This document shows positions 62,631-64,000 of a DNA stretch of 64,000 nt, one piece after another (positions within the stretch are counted from its first letter, which is position 1; each line of letters starts with the position of its first letter). The stretch comes from Nitrospirota bacterium. Lineage in GTDB: Bacteria; Nitrospirota; UBA9217. The notes below the pieces were generated by a model. The model did no database searches, was not told the DNA's origin, and saw only the letters and a list, made by a program, of their open reading frames with translations. The translations under genes and the position numbers were made by a program. The stretch covers positions 1-64,000 of the forward strand of contig CAWIYV010000008.1 in the NCBI GenBank assembly GCA_963840455.1, in the 5' to 3' direction.

Positions 62631-64000
62631 GTGCGCAGTCTGAAGATCGGGTATTCTGCTCCGCTGGCGGTGCGGCGGGTCACCCTGTTCACCGCTGCGC
62701 TGCTTGTCATGATCAGCGGTTGTGCGACTTTACCGAAGGACTATCCCCGGGAACCATCCCGGGCCTGGGACCGGCCGCAGGAAACGAATCTGGGCCAAGC
62801 GTTCGCGCCGGCTGCGGCGCAGCATCCCGGAATGTCGGGCTTCCATGTGCTGGGGAACGGCATGGACGCCTTTGTGGCGCGAATGGCGCTTGCGGAAGCG
62901 GCAGAGCGCACGCTGGACCTGCAGTATTACATCTTCCATGGCGACCTGACGGGGAAGTTGATCCTTGACAGCCTGGTCAGGGCGGCGGACAGGGGTGTGC
63001 GGGTCCGCCTCCTGATCGATGATACTGCCGCCAAGGGCAAGGACGCCGTGCTCGCCGTCATTGCATCCCATCCGCAGATCGAGGTGCGGGTGTTCAATCC
63101 GTCAGCCGGAAGGTCGGGGGCAGCCTGGCTCTTCGGCGCTGCCGCGGATTTCGACAGGATCAACCACCGCATGCACAATAAGATGTTCGTGGCCGACAAC
63201 CAGGCGGGGGTCGTGGGCGGTCGGAACATCGGTGATGAATACTTCGGCGCCCGGGAAGGCGTGAACTTCGCCGATATGGACCTCCTGGCAACGGGGCCCG
63301 TGGTGCAGGACCTGTCGCGGAGCTTTGACGAGTTCTGGAACAGCGAATGGGCCTATCCCATCGAGGCGCTGCATGCGGCCAATCCCGACCCTGCTGCCCT
63401 CGAGAAGGGGAGGGAAATGCTGGCCTCGCACCGGTCGGCTGCACAAGACTCGGACTATGCGAAGCGGCTGCGCGACTCGGACCTTCTGAAGCGGCTGGAG
63501 GGGCACGATCTTCCGCTGGTCTGGGCTCCGGCACGGATCGTGTACGACAGGCCGGAGAAGGCCGGAAGCGAGGGGCAGCCTGCCGATGACCTGAAGCTGG
63601 GCCCGCAGCTCAAGTCCGCCGTCGCCGAGCCGCGGTCGGATTTTCTCATCTCGTCACCCTACTTCATTCCCGGCGAGCGGGGGGTGGCTTCGTTCAGGCG
63701 GCTGCGGAAGAAGGGCGTTCGCATCAGGATCGTGACCAACTCCTTTGCCGGCAACGATGTCGCTCTCGTGCACAGCGGATACGCCAAGTACCGCAAGGAC
63801 CTGCTGAAGCTCGGCGTGGAACTCTATGAGCTGAAGCCTTCGCTTGCCGCGGCGCCGGAAAAGGACCGGCAGCGCTTCGGGTCCTCCGGAGCCAGCCTCC
63901 ATGCCAAGGTATTCATCGTCGACCGGGAACAGGTGTTCGTGGGATCGCTCAACCTGGACCCGCGGTCCCTGGACCTGAACACGGAGCTGGGCTTCATCGT
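62631..64000 (+). CDS. Phospholipase D family protein (ClsC/YmdC-like), runs off the window end
   Basis: ISGC lipobox-like motif, LDLQYYIF, two in-frame HKD motifs RMHNKMFVAD (~63171) and SLHAKVFIVD (~63900); absent from the ORF track because there is no stop. Confidence 0.9.
   Translation, partial: MRSLKIGYSAPLAVRRVTLFTAALLVMISGCATLPKDYPREPSRAWDRPQETNLGQAFAPAAAQHPGMSGFHVLGNGMDAFVARMALAEAAERTLDLQYYIFHGDLTGKLILDSLVRAADRGVRVRLLIDDTAAKGKDAVLAVIASHPQIEVRVFNPSAGRSGAAWLFGAAADFDRINHRMHNKMFVADNQAGVVGGRNIGDEYFGAREGVNFADMDLLATGPVVQDLSRSFDEFWNSEWAYPIEALHAANPDPAALEKGREMLASHRSAAQDSDYAKRLRDSDLLKRLEGHDLPLVWAPARIVYDRPEKAGSEGQPADDLKLGPQLKSAVAEPRSDFLISSPYFIPGERGVASFRRLRKKGVRIRIVTNSFAGNDVALVHSGYAKYRKDLLKLGVELYELKPSLAAAPEKDRQRFGSSGASLHAKVFIVDREQVFVGSLNLDPRSLDLNTELGFI

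Overview
GC-rich bacterial chromosomal window; gene content and style suggest an anaerobic Nitrospirota/Desulfobacterota-like organism (inference). Left to right: (1) an osmoadaptation island with a broken CPA2 antiporter, Na/Ca exchanger, ClC, MscS-like protein and both apparent routes to glucosylglycerate; (2) two sigma54-type promoters, one before a 22-aa Cys-rich ORF plus a secreted protein, the other before a tandemly duplicated ~320-nt structured leader and a MarR gene; (3) an acetate uptake/activation cluster (DUF294, DEDDh exonuclease, DUF485, actP, acs); (4) a selenium-rich redox locus with two Sec-formate dehydrogenase alpha subunits, FdhB, an NrfD/HybB membrane subunit, a DsbA-like selenoprotein (U-P-H-C, split in the ORF track) and a diheme cytochrome c peroxidase; (5) a PilMNOP/secretin/pseudopilin cluster; (6) housekeeping DUF502-glmU-glmS-pcrA-gatC-panD-gatA-gatB-surA, with most intergenic gaps holding periodic inverted repeats; (7) an accessory envelope region. 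No CRISPR array, rRNA, tRNA or transposase was seen. Most interesting candidates: the Sec-DsbA/peroxidase pair embedded between two FDHs that appear to retain an allosteric disulfide Cys pair, and the tandem RBS-sequestering leader. Several +1 frameshifts near both window ends look like sequencing errors. All family calls are from motif recognition; no searches were run.
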